DNA of 64,000 nt from Parcubacteria group bacterium GW2011_GWD2_38_12 (GTDB lineage: Bacteria; Patescibacteriota; Minisyncoccia; GWC2-36-17), in assembly GCA_000992345.1 (NCBI GenBank), contig LBUA01000001.1, forward strand, positions 13,542-77,541, written 5' to 3'. The notes under the pieces are model-generated. The model searched no databases. It saw nothing but the letters and a program-made list of their open reading frames with translations, and was not told the origin of the DNA. Numbering within the stretch: position 1 is the first letter of the stretch; each line of letters begins with the position of its first letter. Below are positions 8,565 through 19,936 of this stretch, piece after piece. Position numbers and translations under genes: made by a program.

Positions 8565-10172
8565 ATGCTAAAGTATATCTTTGTTACCGGGGGGGTATGC
8601 TCTGGCCTGGGCAAAGGAATAGCCGCGTCTTCTATCGGCATGCTTTTGAAATCCGCGGGATATAAGGTTGTTATCCAAAAAATGGATCCTTATTTAAATA
8701 TTGATCCCGGGACTATGAATCCGTATCAACATGGCGAGGTTTTTGTGACTCATGACGGCGCGGAGACGGATTTAGACCTTGGGCATTATGAAAGATTTAT
8801 AGACGAAGAACTTTCTGCGATATCTAGTATTTCCACGGGACAAATTTATAGGGATGTTTTGGGGAAGGAAAGAAGCGGAGATTTTTTGGGAAAAACAATT
8901 CAGATAATTCCTCATATCACAAACGCCATCAAAGATTCAATAAGAAAATGTGCTAAAAAATCTAGAGTCGATATTTTAATTTGTGAAATCGGCGGAACAG
9001 TAGGCGATATTGAGGGCGAGCCGTTCCTAGAAGCGGCGCGTCAACTTCATAATGAAGAAGGGCATCACAGCGTGATGTTTATTCATCTAGTACTCTTGCC
9101 GTACCTGAGGAATTCCGATGAATTGAAAACCAAACCCGCTCAAGCATCGGTAAGGGAGCTTCGAAGATCGGGCATTAATGCCGATATTATTTTATGTCGC
9201 GCTGATGAAAAGATAGCGAAAAATCATTTAGAAAAAATCGCTTTATTTTGCGATGTTTCTGTTGCGGCTGTGGTTCCTGCTCCAACGGTAAATTCCATAT
9301 ATGAAGTGCCGGTGAATTTCGAAAATTATAAAATCACTAAACTTATAACCAAACATTTGGATTTGAGTTATAGAAAACCAAATCTTAAAGAATGGAATCG
9401 TTTTATAAAAAAAATTAATTCCAAATTGCCGGTTATTAATATCGCTTTGGTTGGAAAATACATGGAACTTAAGGATGCTTATCTGAGTGTCGCAGAATCC
9501 GTGAAATCAGCCGCTTATTTCAATAATTTTTCCGCAAATCTTGTTTGGATTAATTCTGATAAATTGGAGGCTGATAATAAATTCGCGGAAAAAGAATGGG
9601 ATAAATTGAAAAATGCAAAAGGAGTGATAGTAATGGGCGGATTCGGGAAAAGGGGCATTGAAGGCAAGATTGCAGTTGCAAAATACGCGAGGGAAAACAA
9701 AGTTCCTTATTTGGGAATTTGTCTTGGAATGCAAATAGCCGCGATTGAATTTGCGAGGAATGTTTTGGGATTAAAGAATGCCAATTCAACAGAATTTGAT
9801 AATAAAACCACCCAACCGATTATTTATCTTATGCCTGATCAGCGGGGTATATACAAAAAGGGCGGGACAATGCGACTTGGCGACTATGATTGTATTTTAA
9901 GGGAAGGATCAAAAAGTTTTGCTGCTTATAGAAATAAAAAAATAGTGGAAAGACACAGACACAGGTATGAATTTAATAGTGCGTATGAGAAGAAACTTGA
10001 AGCTAAAGGAATGGTTGTTACCGGCAGAAATCCCAGGAGCGGTCTTTGTGAGATATTGGAAAATATAAATCATCCTTGGTTTGTCGGAGTTCAATTCCAT
10101 CCGGAATTTAAATCACAACCACTCGCGCCACATCCGCTTTTTAGGGAATTTATTAAAGTTTGTGTAAAATAA
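8565..10172 (+). CDS. pyrG: CTP synthase
   Basis: N-terminal FVTGGVCSGLGKG synthase domain and C-terminal glutamine amidotransferase domain (GICLGMQ, HPEF). Confidence 0.95.
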   Translation: MLKYIFVTGGVCSGLGKGIAASSIGMLLKSAGYKVVIQKMDPYLNIDPGTMNPYQHGEVFVTHDGAETDLDLGHYERFIDEELSAISSISTGQIYRDVLGKERSGDFLGKTIQIIPHITNAIKDSIRKCAKKSRVDILICEIGGTVGDIEGEPFLEAARQLHNEEGHHSVMFIHLVLLPYLRNSDELKTKPAQASVRELRRSGINADIILCRADEKIAKNHLEKIALFCDVSVAAVVPAPTVNSIYEVPVNFENYKITKLITKHLDLSYRKPNLKEWNRFIKKINSKLPVINIALVGKYMELKDAYLSVAESVKSAAYFNNFSANLVWINSDKLEADNKFAEKEWDKLKNAKGVIVMGGFGKRGIEGKIAVAKYARENKVPYLGICLGMQIAAIEFARNVLGLKNANSTEFDNKTTQPIIYLMPDQRGIYKKGGTMRLGDYDCILREGSKSFAAYRNKKIVERHRHRYEFNSAYEKKLEAKGMVVTGRNPRSGLCEILENINHPWFVGVQFHPEFKSQPLAPHPLFREFIKVCVK

Positions 10173-10549
10173 TTCAGCATATGTTGAAATTTCTTCTTGG
10201 AGGAATCATATTCGCAACTGGTATTTCATGGGCGTCTTTTGCGGCGATTGTATTTAGCGTTGACCCTAAAGATGTTGGGGGGGTGGGCATCGCGCTTTTT
10301 TATACTAGCTTATTTTTGGGGCTTTCCGGGGTTTTATTTTTATTGATGGCGTATTTGAGAAATAAAAAGCTCAGAATCAATGTAAAAGAGATGATTCATA
10401 ATATTTTTAGGCATTCTATTTTATTATCGGTATTTTTTGTCGGCTTGTTATTTTTGCACCAATCTAATATGCTGAATATTATTTCGGTTGTATGCTTGGC
10501 GGTGTTTACATTGGCTGTAGAAATATATTTTTTAAAAATGAATCAATAA
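10160..10549 (+). CDS. Small hypothetical membrane protein
   Basis: Four predicted TM helices. No recognisable motif. Confidence 0.35.
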   Translation: MCKIIQHMLKFLLGGIIFATGISWASFAAIVFSVDPKDVGGVGIALFYTSLFLGLSGVLFLLMAYLRNKKLRINVKEMIHNIFRHSILLSVFFVGLLFLHQSNMLNIISVVCLAVFTLAVEIYFLKMNQ

Positions 10550-10588
10550 AATCACGCAACATAAAACATCCGGCAAGAGGCAATATAT

Positions 10589-11644
10589 TTGAAACGCTTC
10601 ATGCTTCATATTTTGTGTTTCATGACTGTGATGGATTTACAGCAAAAATTAGAGAATATAAAGAAACTATTTAATCAAAAAATAAGAGATGTAAAAAATC
10701 TTGAAGTTTTGGAAAATTTGCGAGTTCAGTTTTTGGGTAGGAAAAGCGAGTTGGTGGAATTTTTAAAGGGGATTAAAAATTTAACCGAAGAAGAAAAAAG
10801 GAAATTTGGCCCCGTTGCCAATCAATTGAGGCGGGAGATGGAAAAATTAATGGAAGACGCAAAGAAATCGCTTAAAATGCGCGAGGTTGGTAAATTGATG
10901 GAAAAAGATCGTATTGATATTTCTGCTCCAGCCAAAAAAATATCTCAAGGACATTTACACCCATTAACTTTGATACAAAGGAAGATTGAGGATATTTTTC
11001 AGTCTATTGGTTTTGAAGTTGTTGAAGGACCAGAGATAGAGACGGAATACTATAATTTCAATGCCCTAAATATTCCGGCTGATCATCCAGCCAGAGAAAT
11101 GCAAGATACTTTCTGGCTCCAAACTCCAAACTCCAAACTCCAAACTCCAAAGTTACTAATGCGAACACAGACTTCATCTGTTCAGATTAGATACGCGGAA
11201 AATCATCAACCGCCGATTAGAATTATTTCCCCGGGCAGAGTTTTTAGGTTTGAAGCAACTGACCAAACTCACGATATTCAATTTCATCAAATTGAGGGAT
11301 TGATGATTGATAAAAATATTTCCCTTGCCAATCTAAAGGGAGTTTTGGAAATTTTATTTAAAAAGCTTTATGGCAAAGGAGTGGAGGTTCGTTTTAGGCC
11401 CAGTTACTTTCCCTTTGTGGAGCCGGGAGTGGAGGTAGATATGAAATTCAGAGGAAAGTGGATGGAAATTGCGGGCGCCGGAATGGTGCATCCGAAAGTT
11501 TTAAATACCATGAAAATAGATAGTCGCATTTGGCAGGGATTTGCTTTCGGTATGGGGCTTGAGAGATTGGCAATAATTAAATATGGGATTGATGATGTGA
11601 GACTGTTTTCATCGGGAGATTTGAGATTTCTGAAACAGTTTTAA
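10589..11644 (+). CDS. pheS: Phenylalanine--tRNA ligase alpha subunit, with an in-frame ACTCCAA heptamer-repeat insertion
   Basis: Class II aaRS motifs (FRPSYFPFVEPG, GAGMVHP, GMGLERL). The insert reads LQTPNSKLQTPK. Confidence 0.9.
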   Translation: MKRFMLHILCFMTVMDLQQKLENIKKLFNQKIRDVKNLEVLENLRVQFLGRKSELVEFLKGIKNLTEEEKRKFGPVANQLRREMEKLMEDAKKSLKMREVGKLMEKDRIDISAPAKKISQGHLHPLTLIQRKIEDIFQSIGFEVVEGPEIETEYYNFNALNIPADHPAREMQDTFWLQTPNSKLQTPKLLMRTQTSSVQIRYAENHQPPIRIISPGRVFRFEATDQTHDIQFHQIEGLMIDKNISLANLKGVLEILFKKLYGKGVEVRFRPSYFPFVEPGVEVDMKFRGKWMEIAGAGMVHPKVLNTMKIDSRIWQGFAFGMGLERLAIIKYGIDDVRLFSSGDLRFLKQF

Positions 11645-11668
11645 TCAAACGCTGATTGGCGCGGAATT

Positions 11669-12079
11669 ATGGAAGAATTTAAAAAAACTTTAGGACATGG
11701 AAAAGAAGAAGAACATTCTCCCGAAGATTTAAGAAGAGAGATAGTGGAGATGATAGCAAAAATAAAAAAAGAAAACCCGAACGATCCCCATCTTATTAAT
11801 ATAAATACAGAAAATATTAAAGAAGAAGATAGGGAGATACAAAAAAGATATGAGCAACTCTTAAATAAAGGACTGACGTTGACCGAAGAGGAGTATAATG
11901 AATTTTTTAATGAATTTGTCATATATAGAAATAAGGTTTTTAAAGAAATTGAAGAGAAAAAGACACATTCAAGTCGCTTAGACTTTGTTGGTTATTTGGG
12001 AAATAAAATAGCAGGGAAAATTTATGTTCCCTGTAGGAAAAATTGGCCAAATAAAGGGGAGAGACCATTAAAACCATGA
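11669..12079 (+). CDS. Hypothetical highly charged (Glu/Lys-rich) protein between pheS and pheT. Its stop overlaps the pheT start (ATGA).
   Basis: ORF only. No recognisable motifs. Confidence 0.35.
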   Translation: MEEFKKTLGHGKEEEHSPEDLRREIVEMIAKIKKENPNDPHLININTENIKEEDREIQKRYEQLLNKGLTLTEEEYNEFFNEFVIYRNKVFKEIEEKKTHSSRLDFVGYLGNKIAGKIYVPCRKNWPNKGERPLKP

Positions 12080-14637
12080 AAATCTCATATAATTGGTTAA
12101 AAGATTTCGTGAACCTAAAAAGATATTCGGCTCCAGAGCTAGCGGATTTATTGACCATGAACTTTGCGGAAGTCGATGGGATTAAAACGCTTGGCGATGA
12201 TTTGATTTTTGATTTGAAAATTTTACCAGATAGAGCTTCGGATTGCCTGTCGCATTATGGAGTGGCGCGTGAGTTAGCTGCGCTAACAAAGTTAAAAGTT
12301 AAAAGTTTAAAGTTTAAAGTTAAAGAAAGTAAAAAAATAAATATAAAAGATTTGATAGAAGTTGAAAATCAAAATCCGGAGATTTGTAAAAGATATATTT
12401 CGCGAGTAATTTTGGATGTTAAGGTCGGGGCTTCTCCGAAATGGTTGAAAGAGAGACTTGAATCATTGGGTCAAAAATCTATAAATAATGTAGTGGACGC
12501 GACAAATTATGTGATGTTGGAACTGGGGCAACCGATGCATATTTTTGATTTTGATAAAATCAAAAATATGCAAGTTAAAAGTGAAAAGTCCATGCCTACC
12601 GGCAGGCAGGTAAAAGCGCAAAGTGAAATTTCAAAAATTATAATCCGAAAAGCAAAAGTCGGAGAAAAGATAACAACCCTAGATAATCAAGAAATAGAAC
12701 TAAATGAAGATGTTCTTGTAATTGTCGGCTCTGATACTCCAAACTCCAAACTCCAAACTCCAAGCTCTATTCTGGCAATTGCTGGCATAAAAGGCGGAAA
12801 GAAAGCGGAAATAGATCAAAATACCAAAAATATTATTTTGGAATCAGCGAATTTCAGCGCAGAGGCAATACGCAAAGCTTCAAAACTGACTGGAATAAGA
12901 ACAGAGTCTTCTGCCAGGTTTTCCGCTGATTTAGATCCTAATCTAGCGGGTATTGCTATTGAAAGATTGGCATCTTTATTGGTTCAAATTGCTGGAGGGG
13001 AAGCAGTTAGCGGGAAAATAGACATTTATCCACGCAAGGTTATGAGTGCGAAAGTTGCTGTTTCTTTGAATGACGTTATAAGTTTATTGGGAGAGAAAAT
13101 ATCCGAAAAAGAATTTTTGAGTATTTTTAAACAGCTAAACTTTAAGGTAGAAAAGATTTATCAAGAGAAAGAATTAATGAAATTGGCAAGGAAATTTATT
13201 GGCAGGCCATACAAATATGGGGCAAGCACAAGTCAAGATGCTCCCGAAACATTTGATTGCTCCAGTTTTGTTCAATATTTATATTGGCAAATTGGCATTG
13301 AGATTCCCAGAATTTCAGTTGAGCAGTTTTTATTTGCGCGTTCCATTGAAAAGAAAGATTTGAAAATTGGCGATCTGGCTTTTAGAAAAGGAGGAAGGCC
13401 ATATTTCTATAAAGAAACTCCAAGGGGTATTGGACATGTGGGGGTTTATATCGGGAAAGGCAGGGTTGTCCATGCATCCGGAGACAAAAAGAAAGTAATC
13501 GAAGAAAAATTAGAAACATTTTGCAAGAAAGACTTTCGCGGATTTGGAAGAATAGCTGATTTAGGGGATGAGGCTTTTGTCATCGAAATCCCCACATATA
13601 GGAGAGATATCAGAATGAAAGCTGATATTATTGAAGAGATTGGCCGGATTTACGGTTATCAAAATATAAAATCAAAATTGCCTGAAGGTATTCTGATGCT
13701 GCCTCAAAGAAATGATGAGATTTTTTGGGAAAATTTATCAAAAAACGCTTTAGTATCCACTGGATTTACTGAAGTTTATAACTACTCTTTTATCGGTGGA
13801 AAAGATTTAAAGGCGGGTTTTATTATTCCTGAAAATATTTTAGAACTTCAAAATTATATTAGCGATGACAAAAGATATTTGCGACCAAGCTTGATTTTTG
13901 GTTTTCTAAGAAATATCGAAGAAAATTTCAGGTATTTTAATGAGACGCGCATATTTGAAGTTGGCAAAATTTTCACCCTTAATGCAAAAGAAAAAATTTC
14001 TGAGAGAAAGTTTATTGGCGGGGCCATTTCCCTTAAAGGGAAAAGAAATAGCGCAAAAGCTGAGGAATTTTATGAATTAAAAGCCACCGTTGATTTATTG
14101 ATGCAGAAATTGGGTGTGCCGGAATTTTGGTATGATGATTATCAGGCCACGCCCGAGATCATTGAAGGAAAAATTTGGCACCATTTGCGTTTAGCGGAAA
14201 TTAAAATAGGTGACGAGAGAGTCGGATTTATTGGAGAAATAAATCCGAATGTCATTGGAAATTATGATATAGACGGAAGAGTGGCGATGTTTGAAATTGA
14301 TTTTGAAAAATTAGCGTGTCTCGCTAACGAAGATTTTATTTATAGTCCTATATCAAAATTCCCAGCCATAGAAAGAGATTTGGCGATACTTACTCCCATT
14401 AATGTGAAAGTTGATGATGTTTTAAATGTCCTGGAAAATATAGGCGGCCAGTTGCTCATAAATACGGATTTATTTGATGTTTATGAAGGCGATAATATTC
14501 AGGAGGGTAAAAAGAGTTTGGCCTTCCATTTGATATTCCAGTCGCGGGAAAGAACTTTATCCGATAAGGAAGTGGATGAAATTTTAGCCGAAATAATCGT
14601 TGCTTTATCCGAGGAGGGTTGGGAAATTAGAAGATAG
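12076..14637 (+). CDS. pheT: Phenylalanine--tRNA ligase beta subunit that lacks the N-terminal OB (B2) domain and carries an inserted NlpC/P60 domain plus two heptamer-repeat insertions
   Basis: MKISYNWLKDFV N-terminus, B3/4, a B5 motif pair (FKVEKI ... IPTYRRDIRMKADIIEEIGRIYGYQNI) and an FDX-ACB C-terminus. The NlpC/P60 block (RPYKYG, FDCSSFVQY, GHVGVYIG, VHAS) is embedded inside B5. Confidence 0.9.
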   Translation: MKISYNWLKDFVNLKRYSAPELADLLTMNFAEVDGIKTLGDDLIFDLKILPDRASDCLSHYGVARELAALTKLKVKSLKFKVKESKKINIKDLIEVENQNPEICKRYISRVILDVKVGASPKWLKERLESLGQKSINNVVDATNYVMLELGQPMHIFDFDKIKNMQVKSEKSMPTGRQVKAQSEISKIIIRKAKVGEKITTLDNQEIELNEDVLVIVGSDTPNSKLQTPSSILAIAGIKGGKKAEIDQNTKNIILESANFSAEAIRKASKLTGIRTESSARFSADLDPNLAGIAIERLASLLVQIAGGEAVSGKIDIYPRKVMSAKVAVSLNDVISLLGEKISEKEFLSIFKQLNFKVEKIYQEKELMKLARKFIGRPYKYGASTSQDAPETFDCSSFVQYLYWQIGIEIPRISVEQFLFARSIEKKDLKIGDLAFRKGGRPYFYKETPRGIGHVGVYIGKGRVVHASGDKKKVIEEKLETFCKKDFRGFGRIADLGDEAFVIEIPTYRRDIRMKADIIEEIGRIYGYQNIKSKLPEGILMLPQRNDEIFWENLSKNALVSTGFTEVYNYSFIGGKDLKAGFIIPENILELQNYISDDKRYLRPSLIFGFLRNIEENFRYFNETRIFEVGKIFTLNAKEKISERKFIGGAISLKGKRNSAKAEEFYELKATVDLLMQKLGVPEFWYDDYQATPEIIEGKIWHHLRLAEIKIGDERVGFIGEINPNVIGNYDIDGRVAMFEIDFEKLACLANEDFIYSPISKFPAIERDLAILTPINVKVDDVLNVLENIGGQLLINTDLFDVYEGDNIQEGKKSLAFHLIFQSRERTLSDKEVDEILAEIIVALSEEGWEIRR

Positions 14638-14671
14638 TGATTATTTATATAATTAGATATAAATTTCAAGT

Positions 14672-14702
14672 AAAAATCCCGCTTAACTAAGCGGGATTTT
14701 TA
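14672..14702 (+). terminator. Rho-independent terminator after pheT
   Basis: aaaaatcccgcttaactaagcgggattttt. Confidence 0.8.
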
Positions 14703-14854
14703 CTTATTTTTAGGGTTGTATAAATGTTTAAAATTTGATATAATTTGATTATAAAACAAGTTGAAAAAACGCTTTTTAGTCCGCTTTATAAGCGGATTTC
14801 TAATTGATATTAGGCTTAAATTGCAGAATTGTATTTTGTAATTTAAGGCAGTAA

Positions 14855-16999
<2,145 letters not shown>

Positions 17000-17003
17000 A
17001 TAA

Positions 17004-17567
17004 ATGCAAAACACAAAACACAAAACACAAAATAAAATTATACCTCAAAAATTTTTTGAAAAGCCAACATTGGAAGTGACGGAGAATTTACTTGGGAAAT
17101 ATTTGGTTAGAAAAACAGGTGGTAAGACGATTGCTGGAATAATAACGGAACTGGAAGCATATGTTGGTGAAACTGATTTAGCGTGTCACGCCGCAAAAGG
17201 GCGAACAAAAAGGACAGAGATTATGTATCAAGATGCCGGAACTCTGTATGTTTATATGATTTACGGGATGTTTTATTGTTTGAATGTCGTGACCGAGAAA
17301 AAAGATTTTCCTTCGGCAATATTGATACGGGCAGTAAAAGTAGACGGTATTGATTTTATGGCGACAAGTGGTCCGGGGAAATTATGTAAAATTTTAAAAA
17401 TAGATCGCAAATTCAACGGGTTGAAATTAGGCAAGAAAAGCGGACTTTGGATAGAAGATAGGGGGATAAAAATAAAAAAATCACAAATTATAAAAAGCAA
17501 AAGAATAGGGGTTGATTATGCCGGACATTGTAAAGATTATTTGTGGAGGTTTTCTATTAAAATTTAA
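17004..17567 (+). CDS. mpg: DNA-3-methyladenine glycosylase (Mpg/AAG family); N-terminus encoded by a CAAAACA heptamer repeat
   Basis: TELEAYVGETDLACHA, YVYMIYGMFYCLNVV and GPGKLCK motifs of the AAG fold. Confidence 0.8.
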   Translation: MQNTKHKTQNKIIPQKFFEKPTLEVTENLLGKYLVRKTGGKTIAGIITELEAYVGETDLACHAAKGRTKRTEIMYQDAGTLYVYMIYGMFYCLNVVTEKKDFPSAILIRAVKVDGIDFMATSGPGKLCKILKIDRKFNGLKLGKKSGLWIEDRGIKIKKSQIIKSKRIGVDYAGHCKDYLWRFSIKI

Positions 17568-17571
17568 GATT

Positions 17572-18291
17572 ATGCAAGTTTTGTTTTTCTTTTCGGCATT
17601 TTTTGCAGAAATTGCAGGGACCATAGCTGGCTTCGGATCTTCCACTATTTTTCTGCCCCTCGCATTATTTTTCGTTGATTTTAAAACTGCCCTTTTACTT
17701 GTGGCTTTGACGCATATTTTCGGTAATCTCGGAAAAATAACATTTTTTAAACACGGCATAGATAAAAGATTGCTTATAATCTTTGGCTTGCCGAGCGTTT
17801 TATTATCTTTGTTCGGCGCTTTGCTTGTTGGTTATATCAATCAAGATATTCTAAAAATGATTCTTGGTATTTTTCTCGCCATTTTTTCACTAGGATCATT
17901 TTTGATGCCAGATTTTAAATTTGCTCCAGTCGCGCAGAATGCAATTGTCGGAGGGGCAATTTCCGGTTTCATAGCCGGATTGATCGGGACAGGCGGAGCG
18001 CTTCGTAGCGCTTTTTTGACGGCTTTTAATTTGGAGAAAGAAAAATATATTGCTACAGCCGCAGTAATTGCTATCGCAGTTGATGCGACAAGAATCCCCG
18101 TGTATCTCTCCAGCGATTTTATGGATGAAAAATATTATTATTTCATACCTATGCTTTTTGTGATTGCGATTTTAGGCTCGTTTATCGGCAGGAAAATAGT
18201 TGACAAGATTTCTCAGGATAAGTTTAGGAAGCTAGTACTTTTTGCGATTTTTCTAATATCTCTAAAATTCATTTGGGATTATTTGGGTTGA
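17572..18291 (+). CDS. TauE/SafE (TSUP) family sulfite/anion exporter-like membrane protein
   Basis: Eight TM helices with the duplicated GxGGG-type 4-TM repeat (AGFGSSTIFLP, IGTGGALRS). Start placed at Met 17572. Confidence 0.75.
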   Translation: MQVLFFFSAFFAEIAGTIAGFGSSTIFLPLALFFVDFKTALLLVALTHIFGNLGKITFFKHGIDKRLLIIFGLPSVLLSLFGALLVGYINQDILKMILGIFLAIFSLGSFLMPDFKFAPVAQNAIVGGAISGFIAGLIGTGGALRSAFLTAFNLEKEKYIATAAVIAIAVDATRIPVYLSSDFMDEKYYYFIPMLFVIAILGSFIGRKIVDKISQDKFRKLVLFAIFLISLKFIWDYLG

Positions 18292-18584
18292 TGGCGAATA
18301 AAATATAAATGTGACAAAAATAAGAAAACAAACTTTTACTTATGGACTCGTTTTGGGAATTATAATAAATAATTGTTTTTGACTTCTATTTGATGAATAT
18401 GTAAGATGGGTTTGTGCTAGAGAAAATAGCGACTTCTGCGCCAATTATAAATAATCAGTGAGTTTTTAATACTTATTGTTTAGTGTCGTCTAGCAGTCCC
18501 TATTTTTAAGAATAAATTTAATTTATAGAATTAGTGCGGGGTGTTCAGAATTTTAATCAAATTTTGTATGCTTCGTTTTGAAAT

Positions 18585-19862
18585 TTGGAGCATTCCGGCA
18601 AATTTTTAATAAAAGGTGGAAGAAAGCTGAGCGGCGAGATTGATATAATGGGCAGCAAAAATGCGGCAACACCGATATTGGCTGCGACATTGTTGACGAG
18701 TGAAGAATGTATTATCGATAACATCCCTTTGATTGAAGATGTATTTAGATTGATTGAAATTTTAAAACACCTTGGCGCAGAAGCTGATTTTATTGGTAAG
18801 AGAAAATTGAAAATAAGAGCAAGAAACATAGACGTAGGTAGATTAAATAATGCAGGCGTTGGCAAATTAAGATCCTCGGTTTTATTGATGGGGCCGCTTC
18901 TCGCTAGATTCAGGAAAATTCAAACCAAAAATCCGGGAGGATGTCTTATCGGTAATCGTCCGCTTGATACTCATCTTGAGGCATTTGTTGATTTAGGAGC
19001 CAAGATTGCGCCAAATGGCAACAATCTTGATATAATTTTAAAAAATAAACCCAAAGATGAAATAGTGCTTAAAGAATTTTCCGTAACTGCGACGGAAAAT
19101 GTCTTAATGTTTGCTTCATTGATGCCACAAAGAACAATTATAAAAATAGCCGCAATGGAGCCACATGTACGAGATTTAATAAAATTTTTACGCGCCATGG
19201 GCGTAAAAATAAAATTATTAGACAGTCATACCATTGAAGTAGTGGGAGTAAAAAAACTTCGCGGCGCAAAGCATAAAATTATTCCGGATCAAATAGAGGC
19301 GGGAACGTTTTTAATAATTGGAGCTTTGATAGGCAGTGATATTTTAGTAAAAAATTGCAGAATAGATCATTTGGATTTAATTTTAAAAAAGTTGAAAGAA
19401 TTTAATATTGATTATAAGTTTGAAAAGCGAAGGGGAAATTTTGCCGATATTAGAATTAAGACAAATTATCCATTAAGAGCGGCAAAGGTTCAGGCGATGC
19501 CATATCCGGGAATTCCTACGGATTTGCAATCAATCTTTGGTGTCTTAGCCACTCAAGCGCAGGGGACAAGCATGATTCATGACCCATTATTTGAAGGAAG
19601 ATTCAAATATCTGGATGAGCTTGTGAAAATGGGTGCTAATGTTGTTGTCTGCGATCCGCACAGAGCATTAATTACCGGTCGGACTCAGCTTCAAGGAACT
19701 AATATAACAAGTTATGATTTACGCGCGGGAGCGTCTTTGATTATTGCAGGCTTGATTGCTAGCGGAGAAACTGTTATAAATGACGCATATCAAGTGGATA
19801 GAGGATATGAAAGGATAGAAGAAAGGTTGCAGAAGTTGGGAGCGGACATAACCAGAATTTAG
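18585..19862 (+). CDS. murA: UDP-N-acetylglucosamine 1-carboxyvinyltransferase (TTG start likely)
   Basis: KFLIKGGRKLSGEIDIMGSKNAATPIL, GNRPLDTHL, and a C-terminal DRGYERIEERL segment that aligns with the E. coli MurA C-terminus. Confidence 0.9.
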   Translation: MEHSGKFLIKGGRKLSGEIDIMGSKNAATPILAATLLTSEECIIDNIPLIEDVFRLIEILKHLGAEADFIGKRKLKIRARNIDVGRLNNAGVGKLRSSVLLMGPLLARFRKIQTKNPGGCLIGNRPLDTHLEAFVDLGAKIAPNGNNLDIILKNKPKDEIVLKEFSVTATENVLMFASLMPQRTIIKIAAMEPHVRDLIKFLRAMGVKIKLLDSHTIEVVGVKKLRGAKHKIIPDQIEAGTFLIIGALIGSDILVKNCRIDHLDLILKKLKEFNIDYKFEKRRGNFADIRIKTNYPLRAAKVQAMPYPGIPTDLQSIFGVLATQAQGTSMIHDPLFEGRFKYLDELVKMGANVVVCDPHRALITGRTQLQGTNITSYDLRAGASLIIAGLIASGETVINDAYQVDRGYERIEERLQKLGADITRI

Positions 19863-19936
19863 AATTTTGAATTTAGAATTTAACGGTATTTAAAACTTAT
19901 ATTCTAAATACTACATTTTATAATTCTTTCAAGAAC

